From: a virus
Taxonomy: Duplodnaviria > Caudoviricetes
IMG/VR virus record: IMGVR_UViG_3300028594_000069
Location: 1 to 46,850 of that record
Strand: one strand, 5' to 3'
DNA: 46,850 nt
This document shows, in pieces, positions 10,371 through 18,618 of the stretch. Numbering within the stretch: the first letter of the stretch is position 1; every line of letters starts with the position of its first letter. The notes below the pieces were generated by a model that was not told the origin of the DNA, searched no databases, and saw only the letters and a program-made list of their open reading frames with translations. The translations under genes and the position numbers were made by a program.

Positions 10371-11066
10371 ATCCTACTATTCGAATTATTTCTCGCTGGA
10401 ACGCTTTTAGGCGATCCTGCGCAGAAGGAAGCCCACGACTACCCGCCGTTCCTTGACGAAGAAGTCGGAAAGAGAGCGTACGAGGCGGCAGGGTTACGGC
10501 GGGAGCTAGGCGAATCAGAGCGAGCTTTAAACGAAGCAGAGCGAGCATTAAACGAGTCAGAACGAAAGCTAGAGGAGGCAGAGGAAGAAAATGAGCGACT
10601 TCATAACGAACTTACTTCAATGGTCGATTCTGAGCGGGATTCTAGCGTTAAGTCTGATTCTGGCGGGGTTCATGCTAGTAATAATAGCGGACGAGACTCC
10701 GGAAATGATTCGGAAAGCGAAAGCGTTGATAAGGGCGTACAAGAAAGCGAGGAAGTAGCAGCAAGCTACGAAGTAACCGCGTATACAGCCTTTTGTGATT
10801 CTGGCTGTACTGGCGTTACAACGACAGGATTGGACGTAAGCAATACGGTTTACCACGAAGGTAAGCGCATCGTAGCGTCCGATCCTAACGTCCTTCCTAT
10901 GGGAACGGAGCTTACTATCGAGCTTGGTAACGGGCAGCAGTTCGAAGCTATAACGGCCGATACAGGCGGAGCAATTAAAGGAAATCGCTTGGACTTACTC
11001 GTAAATTCGAAAGAAGAGGCGATAGAGTTCGGCCGGCAGGAGTTGGACGTACGAGTTTTAAATTAA
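10371..11066 (+). CDS. 3D-domain (MltA-like/Sps) cell-wall protein with N-terminal hydrophobic anchor and coiled coil
   Basis: VTAYTA, VASDPNVLPMGT, ADTGGAIKGNRLDL; start uncertain, RBS AAAGGAGGT 10355-10363 points to ATC 10371. Confidence 0.8.
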   Translation: MLLFELFLAGTLLGDPAQKEAHDYPPFLDEEVGKRAYEAAGLRRELGESERALNEAERALNESERKLEEAEEENERLHNELTSMVDSERDSSVKSDSGGVHASNNSGRDSGNDSESESVDKGVQESEEVAASYEVTAYTAFCDSGCTGVTTTGLDVSNTVYHEGKRIVASDPNVLPMGTELTIELGNGQQFEAITADTGGAIKGNRLDLLVNSKEEAIEFGRQELDVRVLN

Positions 11067-11085
11067 CGGAAGGGGACGAAATTAA

Positions 11086-11637
11086 ATGGCGGAAGAGGTT
11101 ATTAAAATCGGATTAACCGGTAAAATGCGTAGCGGAAAGGATTCCGTAGCTGATCGCTTGTTCTTAGCGCACGACTTCAACGTGCCGTTGGCGTTCGGAA
11201 ATTCATTAAAATATTACGCTCATAAAATATTTCCGTGGGTTCCGAAAGAGCCGAAGCCTCGCGAGCTTTACCAATTCTTTAATGTCATGCGTGACTATGA
11301 TCCGGACGTATGGGTTAAACACCTCGCAAAAGACGTTGAATTGGCGGAGGACTCGCGCTCAACGAAAGGGTTAGTCGTAAAGGACGCAAGGCAACCGAAT
11401 GAAGTCGAATGGCTGCGAAACAACGGTTTTATCATCGTCAAGGTTATTGCTGACGAAACTCAACGAAAGCAGCGAATGCAAGAAGCCGGAGAATCGGACG
11501 AAGGGTTAGAGCACCCTACGGAAAAGTACGTAGAAGAGATTGACGCAGATTACGTACTTTATAACAACGGCAGCTTGGACGAGTTAGAGACGAAAGTTGA
11601 CGAAATGGTACAGGAAATAAAGGAGTGGAGCGAATGA
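11086..11637 (+). CDS. Deoxynucleoside monophosphate kinase-like P-loop protein
   Basis: GLTGKMRSGKD, DPDVWV, DARQPNE, HPTE, NNGSLDEL. Confidence 0.8.
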   Translation: MAEEVIKIGLTGKMRSGKDSVADRLFLAHDFNVPLAFGNSLKYYAHKIFPWVPKEPKPRELYQFFNVMRDYDPDVWVKHLAKDVELAEDSRSTKGLVVKDARQPNEVEWLRNNGFIIVKVIADETQRKQRMQEAGESDEGLEHPTEKYVEEIDADYVLYNNGSLDELETKVDEMVQEIKEWSE

Positions 11638-13103
11638 ACAACAAGTTTAAGTACGTTTCTTTATTCAGTGGCGTTGGCGGATTCGAGCAGGCGTTAGATA
11701 AACTCGGAGGTAAATGTGTACTCGCTTCGGAAATAGATAAATTCGCTTCTAGGGCTTACGCTACTCTATACGGTGATGAAGTATTACACGGAGACGTGAC
11801 ACAAATAGACGCAAAAGACGTTCCCGATCACGACTTACTCGTAGGAGGTTTTCCTTGCCAATCGTTCTCGGTTGCTGGACAGCGAGGAGGATTCGAAGAT
11901 GCGCGCGGTACTTTATTCTTCGAAGTCGCGCGTATTGCTTCTGAAAAGCAACCTAGCGTATTACTTTTAGAGAACGTTAAAGGACTCGTAGGGCACGACA
12001 AAGGGAAAACGTTAGATACGATTGTTAAGACGCTTAATGAGATCGGCTATCGCGTAGACTTCAACGTGCTTAATTCGAAATACTTCGGTGTGCCGCAGAA
12101 CAGAGAACGTATCTTTATCGTTGCTGTTCGTGAGGATTTGACTAAGAACGAGCCGTGGAATAATACGAAGGGAACAACGGCAGTTCCAAAAGGTAAGCGT
12201 AGAATTAGCGGATATGAGGACGTTAAAACATTTAACTTCAATTGGCCGGAACAAGACGAAGTAACGACGAGATTGCGCGACATATTAGAGCCGGAAGTGG
12301 ACGAAAAGTATTATTTGAGTGAGGACAAAACGGCAAAATTAGTCAAGCAATTGAACGATGGTTTAGCGATAAAAGAAGCGACCTCGAAGGGTTACGCCGT
12401 AGCGACAGAAGGAGACGCTGTTAATTTTCAGTTTCCGGACAGTACTACACGAAGAGGCCGTGTGGGCAATCAGATCGCAAATACATTGGAGGCCTCTTCA
12501 ATTAATCAAGGAGTAGTCGTGAAGGGCGCTGATCCTCAAATGATCGGACATGTTGACATAAAAGGGCACGACTCGGTTAAGCGCGTTTACTCTCCTTCTG
12601 GAGTTTCGCCAACCCTTACGACTATGGGCGGAGGACATCGTGAGCCAAAAATAGCAGAAGAAGTTGTAGGAGAGGTGCGCCCCGTGCTTACGCCCGATCG
12701 CTTAAACAAACGGCAGAACGGGCGTAGATTTAAAGATAACGACGAAGAAATGTTTACGCTGACTTCGCAAGATCGTCACGGCATAGCGTTGGGCTATGGT
12801 GACGTATTACAACGTTCGCAAAGCGGTGTATCGCAGAAAGACATTTACGGAACTCTTCGCGCAGGCGCAAGTCGGACAGATTTCGGAGTAGTTGACGAAG
12901 AGTATCCGAAAACATACCGAATCCGTAAGCTAACACCTCTAGAATGTTTCCGCCTACAAGGGTTTCCGGACGCTGTTCATAAAACGCTAGTAGACGCAGA
13001 CATCTCCGACTCTCAACGATATAAAATGGCGGGAAATGCCGTCACAGTCAACGTTATCGAATCGCTTGGGAGACGAATTTTAACGTACTTGGACGAAGCC
13101 TAA
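11634..13103 (+). CDS. dcm: Orphan C5-cytosine DNA methyltransferase, probably multispecific
   Basis: FSGVGG (I), GFPCQ (IV), ENV (VI), QNRER (VIII), RKLTPLECFRLQGF (IX), AGNAV (X); long variable region. Confidence 0.93.
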   Translation: MNNKFKYVSLFSGVGGFEQALDKLGGKCVLASEIDKFASRAYATLYGDEVLHGDVTQIDAKDVPDHDLLVGGFPCQSFSVAGQRGGFEDARGTLFFEVARIASEKQPSVLLLENVKGLVGHDKGKTLDTIVKTLNEIGYRVDFNVLNSKYFGVPQNRERIFIVAVREDLTKNEPWNNTKGTTAVPKGKRRISGYEDVKTFNFNWPEQDEVTTRLRDILEPEVDEKYYLSEDKTAKLVKQLNDGLAIKEATSKGYAVATEGDAVNFQFPDSTTRRGRVGNQIANTLEASSINQGVVVKGADPQMIGHVDIKGHDSVKRVYSPSGVSPTLTTMGGGHREPKIAEEVVGEVRPVLTPDRLNKRQNGRRFKDNDEEMFTLTSQDRHGIALGYGDVLQRSQSGVSQKDIYGTLRAGASRTDFGVVDEEYPKTYRIRKLTPLECFRLQGFPDAVHKTLVDADISDSQRYKMAGNAVTVNVIESLGRRILTYLDEA

Positions 13104-13507
13104 ACGTCCTCGGCGTTGTAATCTTCAAGGGTAAATGCGTAAGCCCCACGCGGGTACTCGCTATAGTCTTTTCCGGAGTAGTAAAACCTTAGCGGTAGAT
13201 GTTCCTTCAAGTTCGCTCGCTCTACGAAGTTTTTAACGTGTGCATAATTGCGTTTATCGAATTTATAAGGCTCTACGTTAGGGACATTAACTATTTCCGG
13301 CTTAGCGAGTACGATGCGATGGTTGGCGAAGTCATAGCCGGCAATTAGTCGGTATTCTCCGTCTGGTAAGTCGAGCATTTTACGGGCAGCTACCGATATA
13401 TACAGGCGTTGGTGCTTATCGATCGAAATGTACTCTTCGGCCGAACGATTGGAAATCCACATAAATTTCGGGTTGGAATCCGTTACAACTTCGGACAAAT
13501 CAATCAC
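13100..13507 (-). CDS. Hypothetical protein, AbrB/MraZ-like pattern
   Basis: Own promoter and RBS (AAAGGAAG); ISIDKHQRLYISVAARKMLDL resembles AbrB hairpin motif. Confidence 0.65.
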   Translation of the reverse strand: MIDLSEVVTDSNPKFMWISNRSAEEYISIDKHQRLYISVAARKMLDLPDGEYRLIAGYDFANHRIVLAKPEIVNVPNVEPYKFDKRNYAHVKNFVERANLKEHLPLRFYYSGKDYSEYPRGAYAFTLEDYNAEDV

Positions 13508-13540
13508 TTCCTTTCGGCTTAACTTTTTATTCTAACTATC

Positions 13541-13569
13541 ATTCTACAATATATCTTATCCGAAATCAA
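13541..13569 (-). promoter_or_regulatory. sigma-A promoter for 13100-13507
   Basis: TTGATT-17-TAGAAT on minus strand. Confidence 0.6.
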
Positions 13570-13622
13570 CGAAAAGTAAACGCAAATTTAACGAATTTTT
13601 GCGAGGAAAGGAGAAATCATTC

Positions 13623-13922
13623 GTGAAAAAAGAAGAAAGATACGTACAGTCTCTTTTAAATAATGTGCACGAAATGCGAGCACGTCAATTTAACGGCGTT
13701 TCATCAGCAACGGACGATCTATTGGACTTAGCAGACGCAATCGGAAAGGCAGGGCTAACGGACAGGCAGAAGGAGGTCTTGCGCTTGCTCTATATCGAAG
13801 ATTTAACGCAAGCAGAAGCAGGCGAACGTATCGGTTCCAGCAGAGTAAACATCACTAACATAAATGACGTAGCAATTCGCAAGATAGCGAGCATTTACCG
13901 AAAATGGAAGGAGGCAGAATAG
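13623..13922 (+). CDS. Sigma-70 region 4-like HTH transcription regulator
   Basis: LTDRQKEVLRLLYIEDLTQAEAGERIGSSR; GTG start after AAAGGAG. Confidence 0.8.
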   Translation: MKKEERYVQSLLNNVHEMRARQFNGVSSATDDLLDLADAIGKAGLTDRQKEVLRLLYIEDLTQAEAGERIGSSRVNITNINDVAIRKIASIYRKWKEAE

Positions 13923-13925
13923 AAA

Positions 13926-14384
13926 ATGGCGGAAGGGTTAAAAGAAGCGTCAGAAATATATATGACGATAGAGGACGAATCATTTCTCGGAGATTTCAAG
14001 GCAACGATGGAAGGGTATACGGAAATGGTCGAAGCTTTCCCAAAAGGGACGCATAGGGTTACGCGTATGAAAGTAATTGACCATGTGCTGAACCTGTACG
14101 TAGAGCGCACGGGGGAACGGCCGGACAATTCGATTCTATCGCGCTTATCGGACGTCATCTTACGTGACGAATTGACGAATCAATCTCGTACAAAAAATAT
14201 AACCGAAGAATATCCGTTTCTCAGCGAAACGCAAAAATCAAGAAGGAAGGCTAAAAATAATTATGAGGTAACGTCATTAGGCGTAGTAAACCGGGAAGTT
14301 CCGTTAAAACACGCTAAGAATGTCGCACTCGACGGAAAGGATTATTCGCTGCCTATTCGATGGTTTATTGACCGGGAGAACTAA
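13926..14384 (+). CDS. Hypothetical phage protein
   Basis: RBS AAGGAGG, 152 aa. Confidence 0.7.
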   Translation: MAEGLKEASEIYMTIEDESFLGDFKATMEGYTEMVEAFPKGTHRVTRMKVIDHVLNLYVERTGERPDNSILSRLSDVILRDELTNQSRTKNITEEYPFLSETQKSRRKAKNNYEVTSLGVVNREVPLKHAKNVALDGKDYSLPIRWFIDREN

Positions 14385-14394
14385 CAGCCCACGC

Positions 14395-14425
14395 AAAAAG
14401 AGCCGGATTCTATGCCTTCGGCTCT
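14395..14425 (-). terminator. Intrinsic terminator for leftward transcription
   Basis: AGAGCCG/CGGCTCT stem with A5 on the left, between convergent genes. Confidence 0.55.
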
Positions 14426-14460
14426 CCTCGTACATACTTCGTTTTATTTTTCGCTTCGTT

Positions 14461-14685
14461 TTACTTTGCGTCCGGCTCGCCTTCGTCGGGTTCAAACGTA
14501 ATAATGTCGGACAACTCACAATTTAACACCTTGCACGAACGGTCTAACAGCTTAACGGGAATCCGCAGCGACTCGTTGTTATAAAATTGCCGCACGGATT
14601 CCGGCCTATGGTCGATCTCTCGCGCGAACGCACGCATTGACCAGCCCTGTTCGTCAAGTAGTTTCTTTAGGTGTACTTTAATCAT
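14461..14685 (-). CDS. XRE/Cro-C1 HTH repressor
   Basis: LKKLLDEQGWSMRAFAREID...LDRSCKVLNCELSDII; RBS GGGAGG. Confidence 0.85.
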   Translation of the reverse strand: MIKVHLKKLLDEQGWSMRAFAREIDHRPESVRQFYNNESLRIPVKLLDRSCKVLNCELSDIITFEPDEGEPDAK

Positions 14686-14726
14686 TTTAGTTCCTCCCAC
14701 GTCACCAACTATTTCCGACTAACTAT

Positions 14727-14755
14727 ATTCTACGTCAACACTCTACGCGAGTCAA
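14727..14755 (-). promoter_or_regulatory. sigma-A promoter of XRE gene with operator AACAC-N7-GAGTC
   Basis: TTGACT-17-TAGAAT; operator at 14737-14753. Confidence 0.7.
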
Positions 14756-14779
14756 CGAAAACTTTTTAACCAGAAATTC

Positions 14780-15076
14780 TCAATACTCTTCCGGAAATAA
14801 TACGGTCGTGTACGTCTCCTTTTCGTCATGGAGCCCGTCCGTTATGATCCATACTCTTTTTCCGCTTAGCTCATATGCAGACATGATCCGGCCTTCCTTA
14901 TTCCGTATGGCTCCCTCATTCAATTCCGCATCTTCTTCGGGAATGTCGCCCCAGTCTCCGGAGACATGTCTATCCAATAACGTGATAAGTTCGTTCATAC
15001 TTACGATATGTTCCTCCATATAACTATTTACACCAGCCGTCATTAATGTTCGTCCTACGTTAAATTTTACGTTCAT
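14780..15076 (-). CDS. Plasmid-associated small protein (RH..GDWG family)
   Basis: LLDRHVSGDWGD, RIMSAY, WIITD, TTVLFPEEY. Confidence 0.75.
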   Translation of the reverse strand: MNVKFNVGRTLMTAGVNSYMEEHIVSMNELITLLDRHVSGDWGDIPEEDAELNEGAIRNKEGRIMSAYELSGKRVWIITDGLHDEKETYTTVLFPEEY

Positions 15077-15089
15077 TTTCTCCGCCTCC

Positions 15090-15332
15090 TTAATTAATAG
15101 TAAAAGTAGAATACGCTATCAATAAAAGCAACGCAATCCCTAACGAAATACAGCCGTAAAAGCTTATCGCAGAGGGCCAATCTACAGGCTCGCCCGGCTC
15201 TACGTCAAAGAAGAAGTGATTTAGTTCCGTAAAAACCTCGCTTAGTATTCGTCTATATTCGCTTATAAAACGCTTGAATTCGTTGGACAAGGCCGTAAAT
15301 AAGGCCGCAAGTAATTCCGTCAGAACCGTCAT
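15090..15332 (-). CDS. Small protein with C-terminal TM helix
   Basis: RBS AAAGGAGG, hydrophobic C-terminus. Confidence 0.65.
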   Translation of the reverse strand: MTVLTELLAALFTALSNEFKRFISEYRRILSEVFTELNHFFFDVEPGEPVDWPSAISFYGCISLGIALLLLIAYSTFTIN

Positions 15333-15405
15333 GTTCTAACGCCCTCCTTTCCGCTTGTGCTTCCCGCAGACCACGCAAGTCCCATCGTAAATACTGATTC
15401 GGTGT

Positions 15406-15582
15406 TTATTCCGCAGCAGAAGAAGGAGAAGGGGAAGGGACGTCATTAACATGTTCCAATGCGCCTTCAACTACTCCGCGTATGTACCGGACATTGTTCT
15501 CGGAAATGTCAGCTGGCAAGTCGTCCGCGTTCTCCTCGGCGTACTTTAGGATCGTTATTAGATCGTTGTATAACTCGTTCAT
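15406..15582 (-). CDS. Small hypothetical protein (58 aa, MNELYNDL...), not in ORF track
   Basis: RBS AAGGAGG, ATGA overlap with upstream gene. Confidence 0.6.
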   Translation of the reverse strand: MNELYNDLITILKYAEENADDLPADISENNVRYIRGVVEGALEHVNDVPSPSPSSAAE

Positions 15583-15845
15583 TTTCTTAACGCCTCCTTA
15601 ATGATATTTAAACGTTCTTGCGCTTCTTCTTCCGTCTGAAAGCCGTCCTCAAATGCTTCATAGCCGTAACCTATTATCCATTCCTTGCGTTCTCCGGTAG
15701 GAGGGTTTCCGTACTCATCGTATGGTACAGCGTCCAAGTATATGACTTCTACGTCATCTCCAAATTCCTCGTGTTCTTCCTCGCTAGCTTCTGCAATGTT
15801 ACGGAAAATGTCTTTCCATTCGTTTAATGATAGTCGTCTGTTCAT
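15579..15845 (-). CDS. Small acidic hypothetical protein
   Basis: RBS AAAGGGAG, D/E-rich. Confidence 0.75.
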   Translation of the reverse strand: MNRRLSLNEWKDIFRNIAEASEEEHEEFGDDVEVIYLDAVPYDEYGNPPTGERKEWIIGYGYEAFEDGFQTEEEAQERLNIIKEALRK

Positions 15846-15866
15846 AGATTATTCGCTCCCTTTTCG

Positions 15867-16130
15867 TTAATTTTCGCTTACTACGTTCTCAAATACGGTT
15901 TTGGCTTGCGATATATCGTCAGCATCTATCGTAAAAGTAGTTCCGGCAATGTGTTCGGCTTCAATGAGCGAAACCTTGAAATAACTATCGCTTGCGTATT
16001 TTTTGAGTCCGGAGATAGTTTCCTCCGCCAGTTCTTGCGCTTTCTTCTTTTCGGTATAAAAGTCCGTGAACGACTGCCCTCCGTGCTGATTCTTTACAAC
16101 TAGGCCGTAATATGTTTTTGACTTGTTCAT
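15867..16130 (-). CDS. Hypothetical protein
   Basis: RBS AAAGGAG, 87 aa. Confidence 0.75.
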   Translation of the reverse strand: MNKSKTYYGLVVKNQHGGQSFTDFYTEKKKAQELAEETISGLKKYASDSYFKVSLIEAEHIAGTTFTIDADDISQAKTVFENVVSEN

Positions 16131-16163
16131 TGTAAACTCTCCTTTTTCGTTGGAATATTGATT

Positions 16164-16424
16164 TTATTTAATCTCAAAGTATTCTTCTGTACCATCTATC
16201 CACCATTCAGCCAAAGGCATACCATCTACATCAAAACAGATTCCATTGAAAACATCTTCATTTTCTGTAAAGTCTTTGTCTCCAAAATCGTACATTTCAA
16301 ATCCTTTGTGCCACAAAGCTAATGTTTCTTCTGTATGCTCTTGTAACTCTTCTCCATCATCTTTATTAGTGTAATAGCCATTGAATATGATATACTGTAC
16401 GTCTAATTTTTTTATTTTTTCCAT
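16164..16424 (-). CDS. Acidic hypothetical protein (CG-poor cassette-like gene)
   Basis: RBS AAAGGAG; stop codon lies inside TAAAA-N6 site. Confidence 0.75.
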   Translation of the reverse strand: MEKIKKLDVQYIIFNGYYTNKDDGEELQEHTEETLALWHKGFEMYDFGDKDFTENEDVFNGICFDVDGMPLAEWWIDGTEEYFEIK

Positions 16425-16459
16425 TGCTTATACTCTCCTTTTAAAATAAAGTATTGTTT

Positions 16460-16651
16460 TTATTGAAAGCTTACATCACTGTATCGTGCTTTAATATATT
16501 GACCTACCTTCTTTCTGCCTTTTATAACTTCTGTAATTTTAATCTCATATGAACCCGATTTAAATAACTCTGACCTTACTACTCCTCTATAATGAGTTCT
16601 TGGCGTAATTACCTCTGCAACTCTGCCTAGATTACTTGAGATACCGAACAT
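16460..16651 (-). CDS. Basic hypothetical protein (CG-poor cassette-like gene)
   Basis: RBS AAAGGAG; stop codon lies inside TAAAA-N6 site. Confidence 0.7.
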   Translation of the reverse strand: MFGISSNLGRVAEVITPRTHYRGVVRSELFKSGSYEIKITEVIKGRKKVGQYIKARYSDVSFQ

Positions 16652-16688
16652 TTCACATTCTCCTTTTGAATAAAATTATAGTTTTAAT

Positions 16689-17264
16689 TTACGCAAACGC
16701 CTTCGTAAAATCTACGGTATAAGCTACGTCCTTAAACAATTTGTATTCTTCGTTGACGTAATAACTACTGTCCATTCTTTCTTCTACGTAAAACTCTATG
16801 AAATATTCCTTCGCGTTGTCATCGTCCAGACAGTAATCGTCAAGAGCCTCCGTATATAACCTTTCCAACGCGTAAGCTATCTCATTCGCAACTAATTCTA
16901 CCTCTTCCTCTAGCTCGTCAAACTCGTCCGTGTTCACGTCAGTATACCTATATTCATCTGCTGTTTCTACGGCTCTTTCAACCATTTTCGAATACTTTTC
17001 CGGCAAAGGCTGCATGTCTTTATGTAGACGTTCATAAGCGTAAATGAATTCGCTCGCATCGCCTACTCTAAGATGTTGGTTTCGATTAAATTGGCCAATT
17101 GACCAAGAAGATAGCGAGTCTCTTAAATATTCTAAATGTTCCTCGATCCAAAACATTTCCGAGTCTGCCATATCGTCCATTACCATGCCTTGAAGCCTCG
17201 TGTTCTTGTCGTAAACTTTACGTAATTCCTCGTTCGTTAGTTCGTCAATAGTTCTCATTTTCAT
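16689..17264 (-). CDS. Acidic hypothetical protein
   Basis: 191 aa, D/E-rich, RBS AAAGGGAG. Confidence 0.8.
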   Translation of the reverse strand: MKMRTIDELTNEELRKVYDKNTRLQGMVMDDMADSEMFWIEEHLEYLRDSLSSWSIGQFNRNQHLRVGDASEFIYAYERLHKDMQPLPEKYSKMVERAVETADEYRYTDVNTDEFDELEEEVELVANEIAYALERLYTEALDDYCLDDDNAKEYFIEFYVEERMDSSYYVNEEYKLFKDVAYTVDFTKAFA

Positions 17265-17298
17265 TCGCTCCCTTTTCGATAGTTAAATTACGCCTTGC

Positions 17299-17357
17299 TT
17301 GAGGCGTTTTCCCACCGCTTGAACCTTCACTATTCAAACGGCAGGAGAGCGCCTCAA
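17299..17357 (-). other. Long irregular intergenic hairpin (candidate RNase III processing site)
   Basis: TTGAGGCG...TTGAA / TTCAA...CGCCTCAA, about 25-bp stem. Confidence 0.5.
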
Positions 17358-17402
17358 ACGCTCTATATTCGCCTGTAAACCGCCTTGTAAGCCGCCTGTA
17401 AT

Positions 17403-17963
17403 TCATGCGTTGCGTTTAAATTCGTACCACAAGTCGCTAACTATTCCTTCCAACCGTTCGTGAGACAGATTTTCCGCATTTCCATAACCGTTAATCCAGT
17501 AATATTCGTCATTCATATAGTCGATACCGGCCAAGAAGAATTTAACGCCTTGCCAACCGCGCGAATCCGCTTGTTGTTTCACAAGTTCGTCCAGTTCTTC
17601 ATCACTTACAATATCCTGCACGTATTCGCCTATGTCTGAATTTACGGTGTTTTCAAGTTCAAACGCAAAGTCGATCACGTCTCCGGCGTCGTAACTGCCG
17701 ACAATAATCGATTCTGGTACGTTCATATCTTCTAATCTTTCCGATAGTTCATTCAGTAGCAGCAGGCTTTCATTTTCTCCGATTTCGAACGGCGCTTCAT
17801 AGTCGCTTATAAAATGTTCCTCATATTCGCTTCCCGGTGCTACGTTTATTTCCTCAAAAGCTTCGTCTAATTCTTCGCTTGTTGCCGGAAGTTCCAGCCA
17901 CGTATAAACCAGTTCACCTTCGTTATATTTACCTAAATTCGTCAATGCTATTTTAATACTCAT
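17403..17963 (-). CDS. ardA: Antirestriction protein ArdA
   Basis: IALTNLGKYNEGELVYTWLELP...EYEEHFISDYEAPF, highly acidic. Confidence 0.85.
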   Translation of the reverse strand: MSIKIALTNLGKYNEGELVYTWLELPATSEELDEAFEEINVAPGSEYEEHFISDYEAPFEIGENESLLLLNELSERLEDMNVPESIIVGSYDAGDVIDFAFELENTVNSDIGEYVQDIVSDEELDELVKQQADSRGWQGVKFFLAGIDYMNDEYYWINGYGNAENLSHERLEGIVSDLWYEFKRNA

Positions 17964-18129
17964 TTCTATTCCTCCCGCCTTTCACTTCGATTTCAACGTC
18001 ATTTCTAAACCGTTTCGTTACGCCTCGTTTAACTTCGAACATAAATTGATGCATTTGCAACGGAGAAGCCTCCGAGACTGTTTTGCGATCAATTTCCGTT
18101 CCGTGTACCTTTGCAATAAGTATTTTCAT
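17953..18129 (-). CDS. Small hypothetical protein (58 aa, MKILIAKV...), not in ORF track
   Basis: RBS AAGGAGG; 3' end overlaps ardA start. Confidence 0.6.
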   Translation of the reverse strand: MKILIAKVHGTEIDRKTVSEASPLQMHQFMFEVKRGVTKRFRNDVEIEVKGGRNRNEY

Positions 18130-18263
18130 TTATTACGCCTCCTTGTTTTTTGGCTTATTTTCGCCTCGCTACGTTCAATCTTGCACCAAACCTTCGTTAG
18201 TCTTCATCATATTACGTCTAAATTCGTCAAATTGAACGCACCAAGCCGGGAACAAGCCGGCAA

Positions 18264-18527
18264 TTAATTTATTTCGCCATACTCGCTCACTATTTGCGCT
18301 CCACATTCGTTACATGTCAATGGCGAGCCTTCCCAATGGACGAACGCTCCCTCCACCTCGTCTATCGTCAACCATTCGTTGTTGCCTTCGTGAACATCAG
18401 TCGCGCAGTCGTCGCATATTACGTTACCGTACGTATCAAGGAATGTTAGATCATATCCTCCTACGCTTGCATAAGTCTTCATATGCCCGTCTTCTCGTAC
18501 TAACTTACTTACCTCTACTAATTCCAT
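18264..18527 (-). CDS. Small Zn-binding hypothetical protein
   Basis: CDDC and CNEC pairs; RBS AAAGGGAG. Confidence 0.75.
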   Translation of the reverse strand: MELVEVSKLVREDGHMKTYASVGGYDLTFLDTYGNVICDDCATDVHEGNNEWLTIDEVEGAFVHWEGSPLTCNECGAQIVSEYGEIN

Positions 18528-18618
18528 TTTAATTCGCTCCCTTTCAGATGTGTTTCGTTATGTTTCGCTTATACTTCGTTTTACTTCGCTTACATAGCGC
18601 GCTTGCTTCGCTTAGCTG

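Larger units (their letters stand above)
16151..16686. repeat. Three TAAAA-N6-TTTTA-type sites (16151-16166, 16447-16462, 16671-16686) bounding two genes
   Basis: Minus strand: TAAAA TCAATA TTCCA; TAAAA ACAATA CTTTA; TAAAA CTATAA TTTTA, each followed by an AAAGGAG RBS. Confidence 0.65.
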
